This document shows positions 10,562-20,606 of a stretch of DNA of 64,000 nucleotides, piece after piece. The position numbers and the translations under genes were made by a program. The notes under the pieces are model-generated. The model was not told the origin of the DNA. It worked only from the letters and a program-made list of their open reading frames with translations, and ran no database searches. The stretch comes from an uncultured Paraprevotella sp. (GTDB taxonomy: Bacteria; Bacteroidota; Bacteroidia; Bacteroidales; Bacteroidaceae), in contig CAZGBV010000002.1 of the NCBI GenBank assembly GCA_964523985.1, forward strand, positions 6 to 64,005, in the 5' to 3' direction. The stretch's first letter is position 1, and each line of letters opens with the position of its first letter.

Positions 10562-11383
10562 TCACCGCGTGATATCGGCCACGTCCGTCACGGCATCAAT
10601 CCATCCGTTCATCACCACGGCGGGCGAATGAGTGGTCAGGACAATCTGCACATTGGGGTTCATTCTCCGTATCAGGCCTATCAACTTCTGTTGCCACTCC
10701 ACGTGCAGGCTGATTTCCGGTTCATCCATGAAAAGCACGTAAGGCTTGTAGTCTTCCACCAGCACGGTGAGCAGGATGACGAGCATCTGTTTCTCACCCG
10801 ACGACAACTTGTAAGGCGATAGTACCTCTCCGTTCTGTTCCAGCTGTATCTCGTTGCAGGTACGGACGATTTTCTTTCCCGTCTCGCTGAACAGCTCGTC
10901 CACGATGTCCAGAAACTGCATCCGCGCCCCGGCGGCCTGCTGCGCTTTTTCCTGCACGTTGTCGCCTTCGCCCGTCAGTATAGCAATCATGCGGTTCCCG
11001 ATGTTGACCTGATAGTCCAGGAAGCGCCGTTGCAACAGGTAAAGCTGCCAGTCCAGCTCGGTGCCCACTCTGGCATCAGTCAGCTTATCCAGCAGATTGT
11101 AACGTATCAGCGGACGGTCGAAGCTCCTCACCGCGTCGAACCTTATCATCGTGGCATCTTGCGGCTCGAAGATTAGCTTCACGTCGCACTTGTCCTTCCG
11201 GATTCCCTTGGCCGCCTGCGTAAGTTTCGTCACCACTTTGTCCAGAATCGTGCTCTTGCCCACTCCGTTCACTCCGCTCAGGACATTCACTTCGCGGTTC
11301 AAATCCCACACTATATGTTTCCGTCCGCTCCAAAGCGAGTCAATCTCTATGCTCCGTATGTACTCTGCCAGCTTCTCTTCCAT
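10562..11383 (-). CDS. Soluble ABC-type (AAA_21-like) ATPase, AriA-like
   Basis: Walker A SGVNGVGKST, signature LSSGEKQ, Walker B/D-loop LFMDEPEISLH, H-loop TTHSP; no transmembrane segments. Confidence 0.88.
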   Translation of the reverse strand: MEEKLAEYIRSIEIDSLWSGRKHIVWDLNREVNVLSGVNGVGKSTILDKVVTKLTQAAKGIRKDKCDVKLIFEPQDATMIRFDAVRSFDRPLIRYNLLDKLTDARVGTELDWQLYLLQRRFLDYQVNIGNRMIAILTGEGDNVQEKAQQAAGARMQFLDIVDELFSETGKKIVRTCNEIQLEQNGEVLSPYKLSSGEKQMLVILLTVLVEDYKPYVLFMDEPEISLHVEWQQKLIGLIRRMNPNVQIVLTTHSPAVVMNGWIDAVTDVADITR

Positions 11384-11614
11384 GGCTTGTCTTTTTATTC
11401 CTTTCACCTGAAAGCAGCGGACGTCTGCGTCGAACCTGCCTTTGCCTTAGCAAAGATATGCTTTTTCGCGGAAAGAGGCAACGGAATGATGTCGGATTTT
11501 GCTTGAAAGAACTAACTTTGCAATCGTTTTCCTGATACGCGTGAAACCAAGGATGATGTGTGAAGAGAAGAACATGGCAGACCGCCCCGTACCTGCCCGA
11601 AAAGTTGACAAGAC

Positions 11615-13591
11615 ATGCCCGTGCCGCCCGTCTTGAACCTCAGGCGGCAACGCCGCTTGCTCGAGCTGGAACACGAATATGAGAAGGCACAGTACCGCGC
11701 CCGGACAGAAGCGGACAGCATAACCCGCAAAATCGAGCAGGGACTGTGCTGGTATCCGTTGCGCCTCGGCAGGAGTTACTACAACTCGCTCAACCAGTTG
11801 GTGGTGGAGGTGGAACGAACGGAATACACGGACGCGAACCACGGTTTCGAGCCGGGGAAACAGGTATGTTTCTTCACTCCCGACGCTTCCGCGTACCTGC
11901 ACGGGAACGGACGAGGCAAGTTGCGTTATTTCCGATTCAACGGCACCGTGAGTTTCGTTGACGGCGACACGATGGTGGTAGCTCTGCCCGACCCGGATGC
12001 TCTTTCGCGCTTGAAAGAAGACGGGCGCGTCGGCGTGCAACTTTGCTTGGACGAAACCACTTACCGCTTGATGTTCGAAGCCCTCGACCGCGTAATTGCC
12101 GCACGTGACGGACGCTTGGCGGAACTTCGCGACATCTTCCACGGTGCGGCGCAACCCAGACGCTTCTCCTTCAGTCCGATGCGTTTTCCCTGGCTGAACC
12201 CCTCACAGGAAACAGCGGTCAACGAGGTGTTGCGCGCCAAGGACGTGATGGTGGTGCACGGCCCTCCGGGGACGGGCAAGACCACCACTCTCGTGGAAGC
12301 TATCCACGAAACGCTCCTTCGCGAGAGCCAAGTGCTCGTGTGCGCACAAAGCAACATGGCCGTAGACTGGATTTCGGAGAAGCTGACCGACCGGGGCGTG
12401 GCGGTGTTGCGCATCGGCAATCCTTCGCGCGTAAACGACAAGATGCTGTCGTTCACTTACGAACGACGCTTCGAGGCGCATCCCTCCTACCCCACGCTTT
12501 GGGCCATCCGCAAGGCAATCCGCGACTTGTACACCCGTCGTCCGTCGTCCGGTCGCGATGCCTTCCTCCGCAGGATTGCCCGTCTGCGCGACCGTACTGC
12601 GGAGTTGGAAATCGCCATCAACGGGGACTTGTTCAACGAGGCGCGTGTCATTGCCTGCACGTTGACGGGCAGTGCCAATCGCGTGCTGGCCGGGCGGGAT
12701 TTCCCCACCCTTTTCATCGACGAGGCCGCACAAGCCCTCGAAGCCTCCTGCTGGATTGCCATCCAAAAGGCCGGGCGCGTCATCTTGGCCGGCGATCACC
12801 GCCAACTCCCTCCCACCGTGAAATGTCCCGAAGCCCTGCGTGGCGGGCTGGATCGCACGCTGATGGAGACCATCGCCGAGTGCCAACCCTCCGCAGTCTG
12901 CATGCTGCGCACGCAATACCGCATGAACGATGCCATCATGCGTTTCTCCGGCGAATGTTTCTACGACGGGAAAGTAGAAAGCGCACCGGAAGTGAAATAC
13001 AGGGGCATCTTAGACTGGGATACGCCGATGGAATGGATTGACACTGCGGACGACGACCAGACCGCCCCGTACCTGAAAGACGAACCGTCTGATGCCGCTT
13101 CCGTCCCCGCTCCGTCGGCGGAGAAGACACCGGACTTCGGGGAAGTCCGCAACCCGGGCAGTACCAGCCGTTCCAATCCCGAGGAGGCGCGACTCACCCT
13201 GAACATACTGAAAGCCTATTTCCGGAAAATAGGCAGGGAAAGGATTTTGGAGGAACACATTGACACCGGCATCATATCTCCTTACAAAAGTCAGGTGAAA
13301 CTGTTGCGCTCCCTGTTGCGCCGCGACACCTTTTTCAATCCCTACCGGAATTTGCTGAGCGCGAATACCGTGGACGGCTTTCAGGGGCAGGAGCGCGATG
13401 TCATCCTCATCAGTCTGGTGCGGAGCAACGAGAACGGGCAAATCGGCTTCCTGCACGACTTGCGGCGCGTGAACGTGGCCATCACGCGGGCACGCATGAA
13501 ACTAATCGTGGTGGGCGACAGCTACACACTCTGCCGCACGCCGTTTTACAAACTATTGCACGGCTACATCAAGTCTTTAAAATCCCGATGA
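11615..13591 (+). CDS. Superfamily 1 helicase (Upf1/DNA2-like)
   Basis: LNPSQ, HGPPGTGKTTT, CAQSNMAVD, FIDEAAQ, AGDHRQLPP, QYRM, TVDGFQGQE, RRVNVAITRAR. Confidence 0.92.
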   Translation: MPVPPVLNLRRQRRLLELEHEYEKAQYRARTEADSITRKIEQGLCWYPLRLGRSYYNSLNQLVVEVERTEYTDANHGFEPGKQVCFFTPDASAYLHGNGRGKLRYFRFNGTVSFVDGDTMVVALPDPDALSRLKEDGRVGVQLCLDETTYRLMFEALDRVIAARDGRLAELRDIFHGAAQPRRFSFSPMRFPWLNPSQETAVNEVLRAKDVMVVHGPPGTGKTTTLVEAIHETLLRESQVLVCAQSNMAVDWISEKLTDRGVAVLRIGNPSRVNDKMLSFTYERRFEAHPSYPTLWAIRKAIRDLYTRRPSSGRDAFLRRIARLRDRTAELEIAINGDLFNEARVIACTLTGSANRVLAGRDFPTLFIDEAAQALEASCWIAIQKAGRVILAGDHRQLPPTVKCPEALRGGLDRTLMETIAECQPSAVCMLRTQYRMNDAIMRFSGECFYDGKVESAPEVKYRGILDWDTPMEWIDTADDDQTAPYLKDEPSDAASVPAPSAEKTPDFGEVRNPGSTSRSNPEEARLTLNILKAYFRKIGRERILEEHIDTGIISPYKSQVKLLRSLLRRDTFFNPYRNLLSANTVDGFQGQERDVILISLVRSNENGQIGFLHDLRRVNVAITRARMKLIVVGDSYTLCRTPFYKLLHGYIKSLKSR

Positions 13592-13721
13592 CGCTCCTTC
13601 CCCCCTCCCCCGCCCTCTCGTTTTCCCGAACCGCTTTCCGGGAACAAGTTTCCACTTACAAGTGCGACGACTTTGTCTTTTTTCGCGTACCTTTGTCCCG
13701 TTGATTTAAAAGAGGTAGTTC

Positions 13722-14243
13722 ATGAACTTTAAAGAAATCTGCAAGGCACGCTACTCCGTGCGAGCCTACAAGCCGGACAGCATTCCGGCGGAAAAGCTGG
13801 AATATGTCAAGGAATGCACGCGGCTTGCCCCTTCCGCCGTCAACCGCCAGCCATGGAAATTCACCTTTTGCACGGATGCCGCCGACCGCACCCGCTTGCA
13901 GCGATGCTACGACAGGGAGTGGTTCCGCGAGGCTCCGGCTTACGTCCTTGTATGCGAAATCCCCGCGGAAGCCTGGACAAGACAGTATGACGGGAAAAAC
14001 CATGCCGACATCGACGTAGCCATCGCCATAGAACATTTGTGTCTGGCGGCGGCCGAGCAAGGGCTGGGCACCTGCTGGGTGTGCAACTTTGACGTGCAGC
14101 TCTGCCAAGAGTTGTTCGCCCTGCCCGGCGAATGGTACCCGGCGGCCATCATCTCTATCGGTTATCCGGCCACGCCAGACATCCCGCAGAAGACACGCAA
14201 GACGATGGCCGAAATCTGGGAAGACTGCAAAACCTCCGAGTAA
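13722..14243 (+). CDS. Nitroreductase family protein
   Basis: RYSVRAY, LAPSAVNRQPW, AAEQGLGTCWV. Confidence 0.92.
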   Translation: MNFKEICKARYSVRAYKPDSIPAEKLEYVKECTRLAPSAVNRQPWKFTFCTDAADRTRLQRCYDREWFREAPAYVLVCEIPAEAWTRQYDGKNHADIDVAIAIEHLCLAAAEQGLGTCWVCNFDVQLCQELFALPGEWYPAAIISIGYPATPDIPQKTRKTMAEIWEDCKTSE

Positions 14244-14276
14244 GGAACGTTACAAGGAACAGGCGAGGGAGGTGCC

Positions 14277-15803
14277 TCACGCCACCTTCTCGAGCTTCTT
14301 CATCATGGAGAACATGAACAAGGCGGAGAGCAGGCACAAGAGGATGAACACGCTCCACACCTGCCACAACGGCAAGGATGTCCCCCAAAGGAATGATCCC
14401 ACGGCCGTCAGGATGTTGCCGATGGCCGTGGCCACGAACCATCCACCCATCATCATGCCCTTGTATTTCGGGGGGGCGACCTTGGAAACGAAAGAAATAC
14501 CCATGGGAGACAGCAACAGTTCCCCGAAAGTGAGGACAAGATAGGTGCATATCAGCCAGTTCGGCGAGACGAACATGGCCGTTCCCGCCGCCGCGGCTTC
14601 CTTTTGCGCCGCCGAACAGGGCAGACAAGCCGACCCAATGGCCATAATCAAGAAGCCCACAGCGGCTACCAGCATGCCGAGGGCTATTTTGCGCGGGGCG
14701 GAAGGCTCTTTCCCTTTCCTGGCGAGCCAGCCGAACAAGGCAATGGATATGGGCGTGAGCGCCACGACAAAACAGGGATTGAAATGCTGGAATATGGGTG
14801 CCGCCACTGCCGTGGTATCGGGCAACGTGCCATACTTGTAACCCAGTCCGCACACCGACATCAGGATGACCAAAGCCGCGACAATCTTCCCTTTCCGGCT
14901 TTTGCTCTGGAACATGGCGAACAAGGCGTAAACAATCAAAATGCACAACACGAGGTTTGTCACGTCAAAAGCCATGCTTTGCACGCCCGAAGAAGTCTTG
15001 GCCGTGAACTCGTCGGCGAACAGCGTCAGCGTCAAGCCGTTCTGATGGAACGCCATCCAAAAAAAGATGACTACGGCGAACACCAGGCACAATGCCACGA
15101 TGCGTGCCTTCGTCTCTGCCTGCGGGAGTTCCTCGCCTCTCGCCTCTTTGGTCGCATCCGCCGCCTTTTTCCCTCCTTCGACATGGCGGAACGTCTTGCG
15201 GAAACAATAATATATGGCGATGGACAGCACCAGCGAGGCGCAGGCCACGGCAAAGGCGAAATGATAGGAGTCTCCTTCGCTCACGCCCAGCGACTGATGG
15301 GCATAATCCATGATTTTGACCGCCGCAGTGGGAGCGAACAACGCACCGATGTTGATGGCCATGTAGAAGATGGAGAAAGCCGAATCACGCTTGGCGGCAT
15401 ACTCCGGGGTGTCGTAAAGGTTGCCCACCATCACCTGAAGGTTTCCTTTGAACAACCCCGTGCCCGCGCTAATGAGCAACAAGGCACCCGCCATGCCGGC
15501 AATGGCCACCGCGCCCCCGCCCAAAGGAAGAGCCAGGAACAGATAGCCGAGAAACATGATGGCAATGCCTATCGTGACCATTTTCCCATACCCGAACAAG
15601 TCGGCCAGAATGCCGCCCACGAACGGAAGGAAATAAACCAACGCCAGGAAAACGCCGTAGATGGCACCCGCCACTTCCGGCGTGAAGCCGAAATTGGCTT
15701 TCAGGAACAAGACGAAAACGGCAAGCATCGTATAGTAACCGAAACGCTCGCCCGTGTTGGCCAGCGACAAAGCGTACAGACCCTTAGGTTGACCTTCGAA
15801 CAT
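14277..15803 (-). CDS. POT-family di/tripeptide MFS transporter
   Basis: TGERFGYY, GTGLFKGN, FSIFYMAINIG, GELLLSP; multiple transmembrane helices. Confidence 0.93.
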   Translation of the reverse strand: MFEGQPKGLYALSLANTGERFGYYTMLAVFVLFLKANFGFTPEVAGAIYGVFLALVYFLPFVGGILADLFGYGKMVTIGIAIMFLGYLFLALPLGGGAVAIAGMAGALLLISAGTGLFKGNLQVMVGNLYDTPEYAAKRDSAFSIFYMAINIGALFAPTAAVKIMDYAHQSLGVSEGDSYHFAFAVACASLVLSIAIYYCFRKTFRHVEGGKKAADATKEARGEELPQAETKARIVALCLVFAVVIFFWMAFHQNGLTLTLFADEFTAKTSSGVQSMAFDVTNLVLCILIVYALFAMFQSKSRKGKIVAALVILMSVCGLGYKYGTLPDTTAVAAPIFQHFNPCFVVALTPISIALFGWLARKGKEPSAPRKIALGMLVAAVGFLIMAIGSACLPCSAAQKEAAAAGTAMFVSPNWLICTYLVLTFGELLLSPMGISFVSKVAPPKYKGMMMGGWFVATAIGNILTAVGSFLWGTSLPLWQVWSVFILLCLLSALFMFSMMKKLEKVA

Positions 15804-15916
15804 GACTTGAAATGTTTTTGGTTGTGAATGTTTCCAACCGCAAAGATAACATTTATTTTCCGCTTTCTGCCTTTTTTAGGGGATATAGTGCCGTTTTCGG
15901 CAAACATTCCCAATCA

Positions 15917-16031
15917 CGCAGAGTCAACTGGCAAGTGCAAAATTAGGGGAAATGTTTGAAGAATTTCCGGCACCGAAACGCGAATTCTTCAAACATTTCC
16001 CCTAATTTTGCACTTGCCAGTTGACTCTGCG
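15917..16031. repeat. Perfect 49-bp inverted repeat with 17-bp spacer
   Basis: 15917-15965 (cgcagagtcaactggcaagtgcaaaattaggggaaatgtttgaagaatt) is the exact reverse complement of 15983-16031; each arm contains TAATTTTG. Confidence 0.97.
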
Positions 16032-16059
16032 CTACATATTCACGTATAAAAACACGACT

Positions 16060-16755
16060 ATGGGAAAAGAAACCTCAGAGAGGATTCAAACCTCAATTCT
16101 CAACAAGGCCGAAAAGAAAGCTCTCACGTGGCTTGCACAAAGACAACCCGGGTGGATGACTTCCGACACCCTGACTTACATCGGTGTATTCGGCACGGTA
16201 GTTTACGCCATAGGAGGTTGGCTGTCCAACGCCAACGTCCAGTACCTGTGGCTTTCGTCGTTCGGGCTCGTCCTGCACTGGTACGGCGACAGCCTCGACG
16301 GCACGCTCGCCCGCTTCCGCGGCACGCAACGCCCCGTTTACGGCTTCTTCATCGACCACACGTTGGATGCCGTCACGACGTGCCTCATCTTCATCGGCGC
16401 GGGACTTTCACCCCTGTTGCGCATGGACGTGGCGTTGGTAGGCCTTGCCGGATACCTGAGCCTGTCCATCTACACCTATGTCTGCACCATCGTCAAGGGC
16501 GAGTTCTGCCTCACCTACGGCAAGCTCGGCCCCACCGAGTTCCGTTTGTTGCTCATCCTCCTGAACATTCTCTACATGTACACGCCGTGGGGAGGATGGC
16601 ACATCGTCTGGAACGGCACGGAATGGAGCGCATTCGACATCCTGGGTGCCGTCATCGCCATCGTCCTTTTCTGCATCTACACCACGCAGTTCCTCAAGGA
16701 CAGAGCCGAACTCTCCCGCAAGGATCCTCTCAAGCCCTACGGCAAACGGCCATGA
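16060..16755 (+). CDS. CDP-alcohol phosphatidyltransferase family protein
   Basis: GDSLDGTLAR...YGFFIDHTLD matches DxxDGxxAR..G...D...D; hydrophobic. Confidence 0.9.
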   Translation: MGKETSERIQTSILNKAEKKALTWLAQRQPGWMTSDTLTYIGVFGTVVYAIGGWLSNANVQYLWLSSFGLVLHWYGDSLDGTLARFRGTQRPVYGFFIDHTLDAVTTCLIFIGAGLSPLLRMDVALVGLAGYLSLSIYTYVCTIVKGEFCLTYGKLGPTEFRLLLILLNILYMYTPWGGWHIVWNGTEWSAFDILGAVIAIVLFCIYTTQFLKDRAELSRKDPLKPYGKRP

Positions 16756-16800
16756 GACGGGCGGAACGCTGAAAGGCGGACTTTCCGGCATACGACATGA

Positions 16801-16834
16801 CGCAAGCCCCCGCTTCGCCGCGCGAGGGCTTGCG
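16801..16834. terminator. Hairpin between convergent genes
   Basis: cgcaagccc...gggcttgcg stem; only a weak U-tract. Confidence 0.45.
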
Positions 16835-16912
16835 ACGTTTGGTTTCGCACAGCAAGGGAGGATGGTCCCGACCGCTTCCGGACGTGCGCCGCGCATGGGT
16901 TCCCCGGCCCGC

Positions 16913-19468
16913 TCAGAAGGATATGCTCATCGTGCAACGTATGCCCCTTTTCTGGATGTCCGGGTTGTCGCGGTAGTTCAAGCGCCACACGTAGTCAAGG
17001 CGCATGAATTTGAGGATGTTCTCCACGCCCACGCTCGCCTCCATGTAAGGCGCGTGCCCCATTGCCGACGACCCTTCGGGGAAAGCGTACACGCCGCCTC
17101 CCTTCGCCGGATTGTTCCTGTCCGTCAGGTGTCCCCACAACCCCCTGAAACAGAACACTTCCCTCAGTTTCAGCCTTTTCAGCAACGGGATACGGTTCAA
17201 TATCAGCCCGTTCATGTAATACGTCACGTCCCACGAGGCGAACTCGTCGTTGATGAACTCCATCACATTCATGTTCGTGTACGACTCCGGCTGGATGGTG
17301 TAAGTCAAGTTCGCGTTCGGCAGTATCAGCAACGGATAAGGCACCCTGTTCCACACCTTCCCCGCCTTGCCGATGATGTCCACGAAGCCGAAGGCCGAGA
17401 ACCAAAGCCTTTTCTGCACGCCCAGCTCCGTGTACTGGTAGTCGAAAGAGGAACCCAGGAGGCCTTTCTTGGCCATGGTGTGTCCGACGTTGAATATCCA
17501 CGCGTCGAAAGTGATGGGGATGCGTTCGTCGTGCGTCTGGTAAAATTTCTCGTTCTTGGCGTAACGGAAGCGCAGTTCCAGTTCCGTCATGTCGTACTTC
17601 CGCAGGGAGGCTGTCTGTCCGTCGGGCAGCAGGCGGTCGAAACGCGCATACTCGGTGGAATATTCGCGGAAGTTGCGTATGACGGTGTTGTACGAGATGC
17701 CGTTGTAAAGCTCCCGCGTGTACGTCAGTTCGGCGTTGCGCAGATATGTCGCCCGCGTGTCCTTCTTCCGCTTGAGTGCCAAGAGGACGTTATCCTTGCT
17801 GGTGTACATATAGCTCTGTCCCAGTTTGTTGATGTCGTACATGTATTCTAATCGGAGCGAATGCACGGGGAACTCCTTGCGGTAGTCTTTCCGCTCGTTG
17901 AACGAATACTCCACGAGCCCGTCGTACTTCATCTTGCCGTCCTTCGTCCCGTAGGCCGCGTAGCCCTCCGCGAAGAGGTGCTTGCTCAGCTGCGGGGTGG
18001 TGGCTCCGCCCACGCGCAGGCGCACGCCCTCGATGGCGTTCCCGTTTATGATGGAGTTCATCGGGCCGAAGTCGAACTTGTTCTTCGCGGGCGTGTTGTT
18101 CGTAGGCACGTATCCGGACACGATGATGGAGATGGTCTTCTCCGCCACGGCGAAGATGGGCACGGAACGCAACCCTGCCATGAGTTTCTCCACGGAGTTG
18201 GGGTTGCGCTTGGCGGCTTCCTTGGGGCGGGTCTCGGCCCAGAAATCCTCCTTGCGGCTGTAAGCCTCCCTTTGCGTGATTACCGGCGCGGCCTCCTTGA
18301 ACACCTGCGCCTGTTCCTCCGGGGGCTTCTCGAACGAGTGGTTAGAGAAGATGTCCATGCGCCGTGCGTAGAGCCCCTTCGACTTCTCGCTCAGCTTGAA
18401 GTCCACGCTGATATCGTTCTTCGTGATGAGGCGCGTCCCGTCAGGTCGCCGCTCGAACTCTTGGTTCACGTCCATGCGCGAAATGAAGTTCAGGTTGATG
18501 TCCTTCGCCACGCTGAGCAGCGCCCGGCGCACGAAGTAAGTGCTGTCCAGCGTGACGTACAAATGCCCTGTGAAGCCGAACGACTCCGAGGCGAAAGGCA
18601 CGAATGTCAAGTCGACGCACTTGTCATCGTCCACGTACAACGTGTCCATCAGGTAATACTTGTAGAAGGAAGGGCCGATGGCAGAGAGGGGGCTCACGAA
18701 GCGTTGCAGGAACAGGGGAATGTTGTTCTGGAAGATGTCCACCTCGCGGAACACCTCGTTGAGGAACTGTTGCATCCCCTCGCGCGAGAACACCTCGTCC
18801 ACGCCCGACGAATGGAAGCCCTCCACCACCGTCTTCTCCGATTTCGGCGACCGGCGGAAGAATACCTTCTGCACCTTTTCACGCTCCGACACGGGGAGTA
18901 TCGTCGTGCCGTCCTCCAGCGTGTCCACGAATTCCGTCAGGAAGTCGAATCTTCCCTTTTTCCCGTTCCTCTTCCGCTTCGGCGTATAGTCGTTCTGCGC
19001 GATCATTATTTTCTCGTACTGGTCGAAGCTGAAATAGTCATGGTTTCGCGGGTCGTTGGCACCCCTCCGCTCGATAACCTTCTTGACGAACGCCACGGCC
19101 GGGTTCTCTTTCCTGCGGTAACGTTCGCGCTTGGGCTTCACCGTCACCTCGCCCAACGCTATCTCGCTTTCACGCAACTTGATTCTGAAGTTGTTCGTCC
19201 GTCCGCGCACCACGTTCAGCCGCTTGGTGTCGTATCCCATATAGACCACCTTGAGCACTTTCCCCGGCCTGTTCGTGGCTATCGAGAAGCGTCCGCCCAA
19301 GTCGGTCGTCGTGCCGATGGTGGTTCCCTCGAACACGATGGAGACCGACGGCAACCCCTCGCCCGTTATAGAGTCGGTGACGATGCCTTTCACTATCGTG
19401 TTCTGTCCGCGGGTGAATCCCGCCCAACACGTCAGGCAAAGCCACAAGAAAAAAATTCGTCTTACCAT
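16913..19468 (-). CDS. Outer-membrane protein, CarboxypepD_reg-like + DUF5686
   Basis: Signal peptide, VKGIVTDSITGEGL..GTTTDLGGRF, FVSPLS, PYMEASVGVENI..RLDYVWRLNY, C-terminal Phe. Confidence 0.85.
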   Translation of the reverse strand: MVRRIFFLWLCLTCWAGFTRGQNTIVKGIVTDSITGEGLPSVSIVFEGTTIGTTTDLGGRFSIATNRPGKVLKVVYMGYDTKRLNVVRGRTNNFRIKLRESEIALGEVTVKPKRERYRRKENPAVAFVKKVIERRGANDPRNHDYFSFDQYEKIMIAQNDYTPKRKRNGKKGRFDFLTEFVDTLEDGTTILPVSEREKVQKVFFRRSPKSEKTVVEGFHSSGVDEVFSREGMQQFLNEVFREVDIFQNNIPLFLQRFVSPLSAIGPSFYKYYLMDTLYVDDDKCVDLTFVPFASESFGFTGHLYVTLDSTYFVRRALLSVAKDINLNFISRMDVNQEFERRPDGTRLITKNDISVDFKLSEKSKGLYARRMDIFSNHSFEKPPEEQAQVFKEAAPVITQREAYSRKEDFWAETRPKEAAKRNPNSVEKLMAGLRSVPIFAVAEKTISIIVSGYVPTNNTPAKNKFDFGPMNSIINGNAIEGVRLRVGGATTPQLSKHLFAEGYAAYGTKDGKMKYDGLVEYSFNERKDYRKEFPVHSLRLEYMYDINKLGQSYMYTSKDNVLLALKRKKDTRATYLRNAELTYTRELYNGISYNTVIRNFREYSTEYARFDRLLPDGQTASLRKYDMTELELRFRYAKNEKFYQTHDERIPITFDAWIFNVGHTMAKKGLLGSSFDYQYTELGVQKRLWFSAFGFVDIIGKAGKVWNRVPYPLLILPNANLTYTIQPESYTNMNVMEFINDEFASWDVTYYMNGLILNRIPLLKRLKLREVFCFRGLWGHLTDRNNPAKGGGVYAFPEGSSAMGHAPYMEASVGVENILKFMRLDYVWRLNYRDNPDIQKRGIRCTMSISF

Positions 19469-19490
19469 ACGTCTGTACCTTAATAATATG

Positions 19491-20585
19491 TCAAAGTCCG
19501 TCACTTTGTTCCACGGCCGCCGGTTTTCCAGCGTCGCCCGTGTCCCGCGTGCCGTCCGCCCCGTCCGCGCCCACTTTCATCAGCAGCAATCCGACGGAAG
19601 CCCAGAACAGTTCCCTCACGCGGCTGATGATGCTCACGAACATGCCCGTGCCGCCGCTCATTCCCATCTGAGCCACCGACATGGCAAAGCCACCCTCGCG
19701 CCCGCCCAGTTGCAACGGCAAGAAACCCAGTAAGTTGGCGAAGAGCGAGGTGAAAGCCAGTATCAGGAACGACTGGAAGAAAGTGAAGGCATAGCCACCG
19801 AATCCTCCCCCGCCGTTTATCCCGAACAAGACCAGCATGAAGAATATCTCGAAGCTCTGGCAGAAGCGCCCCACGTATTCCAACACGAAGCTTCCGTAGA
19901 ACGAGCGTTTGTTCTGCGCCTGCAATTCCGCTATCTGTCGGTCTATCTTCTGCAGGTCGTCCAGGTGTCGCTCCATGAAACGCCTCCCCCAGCGGCGCAA
20001 ACCGGGCATCTTGCACAACAGGTGGAACAGCCTCACCGTCATGCCGTTCTTGTACCCCTTGATGAAAAGGTAAATGCCCCCGTAGCAGAAAGCCGAAATG
20101 AGCAGAAGCACCACGCACATGCCCGCGTTCATCGGCAGTTTGCCCGCGAGCGCCATGGCCAGATACGCCGCGACACCCGTCACCCAGAACCAGAAGTGGG
20201 CGAATATGTGCATCATGGCGAAGAGTATCACCGAGGAAGTGGCTCGCCGCACACCGAGGAACCTCGAAATCTCCATGACGCGGTAAGCCTCGCCGCCCAG
20301 CAACCCCACGGGCGTGGCGTAATTCAGGGCGAAGCCTGAAACGGTCAGTTTCAGCAACCGCATGAAGCCCACCGTGCAAGACCCCCCGCCCCGGATGATG
20401 ACCCTCCACGCCCACGCGTTCATGAGGTAAAGCACGCACCACAACCCTCCTATGGCCGCCAGCCAGTAGCCCGCCCTCGTGATGTATCCCCACAACTCCG
20501 CGAAGCTCACGTCGAAGGAGAAGAACATGACGACGACGGCCACCGTTCCCACCGCGAAAAACAAGTTGTTCAACCGTTTCCTCAT
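19491..20585 (-). CDS. Lysylphosphatidylglycerol-synthase TM (flippase-like) protein
   Basis: GFALNYATPVGLLGGEAYR, PLQLGGREGG; about 8 transmembrane helices. Confidence 0.82.
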   Translation of the reverse strand: MRKRLNNLFFAVGTVAVVVMFFSFDVSFAELWGYITRAGYWLAAIGGLWCVLYLMNAWAWRVIIRGGGSCTVGFMRLLKLTVSGFALNYATPVGLLGGEAYRVMEISRFLGVRRATSSVILFAMMHIFAHFWFWVTGVAAYLAMALAGKLPMNAGMCVVLLLISAFCYGGIYLFIKGYKNGMTVRLFHLLCKMPGLRRWGRRFMERHLDDLQKIDRQIAELQAQNKRSFYGSFVLEYVGRFCQSFEIFFMLVLFGINGGGGFGGYAFTFFQSFLILAFTSLFANLLGFLPLQLGGREGGFAMSVAQMGMSGGTGMFVSIISRVRELFWASVGLLLMKVGADGADGTRDTGDAGKPAAVEQSDGL

Positions 20586-20606
20586 ACCTGCTGCCTGCCC
20601 CGTTTT

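Noticed and set aside
17861-19483. Long antisense ORFs (also 423-1730, 28025-29716, 40928-42160 and many others)
   Set aside because: They are shadows of well-supported opposite-strand genes in GC3-rich DNA and contain no recognisable motifs.
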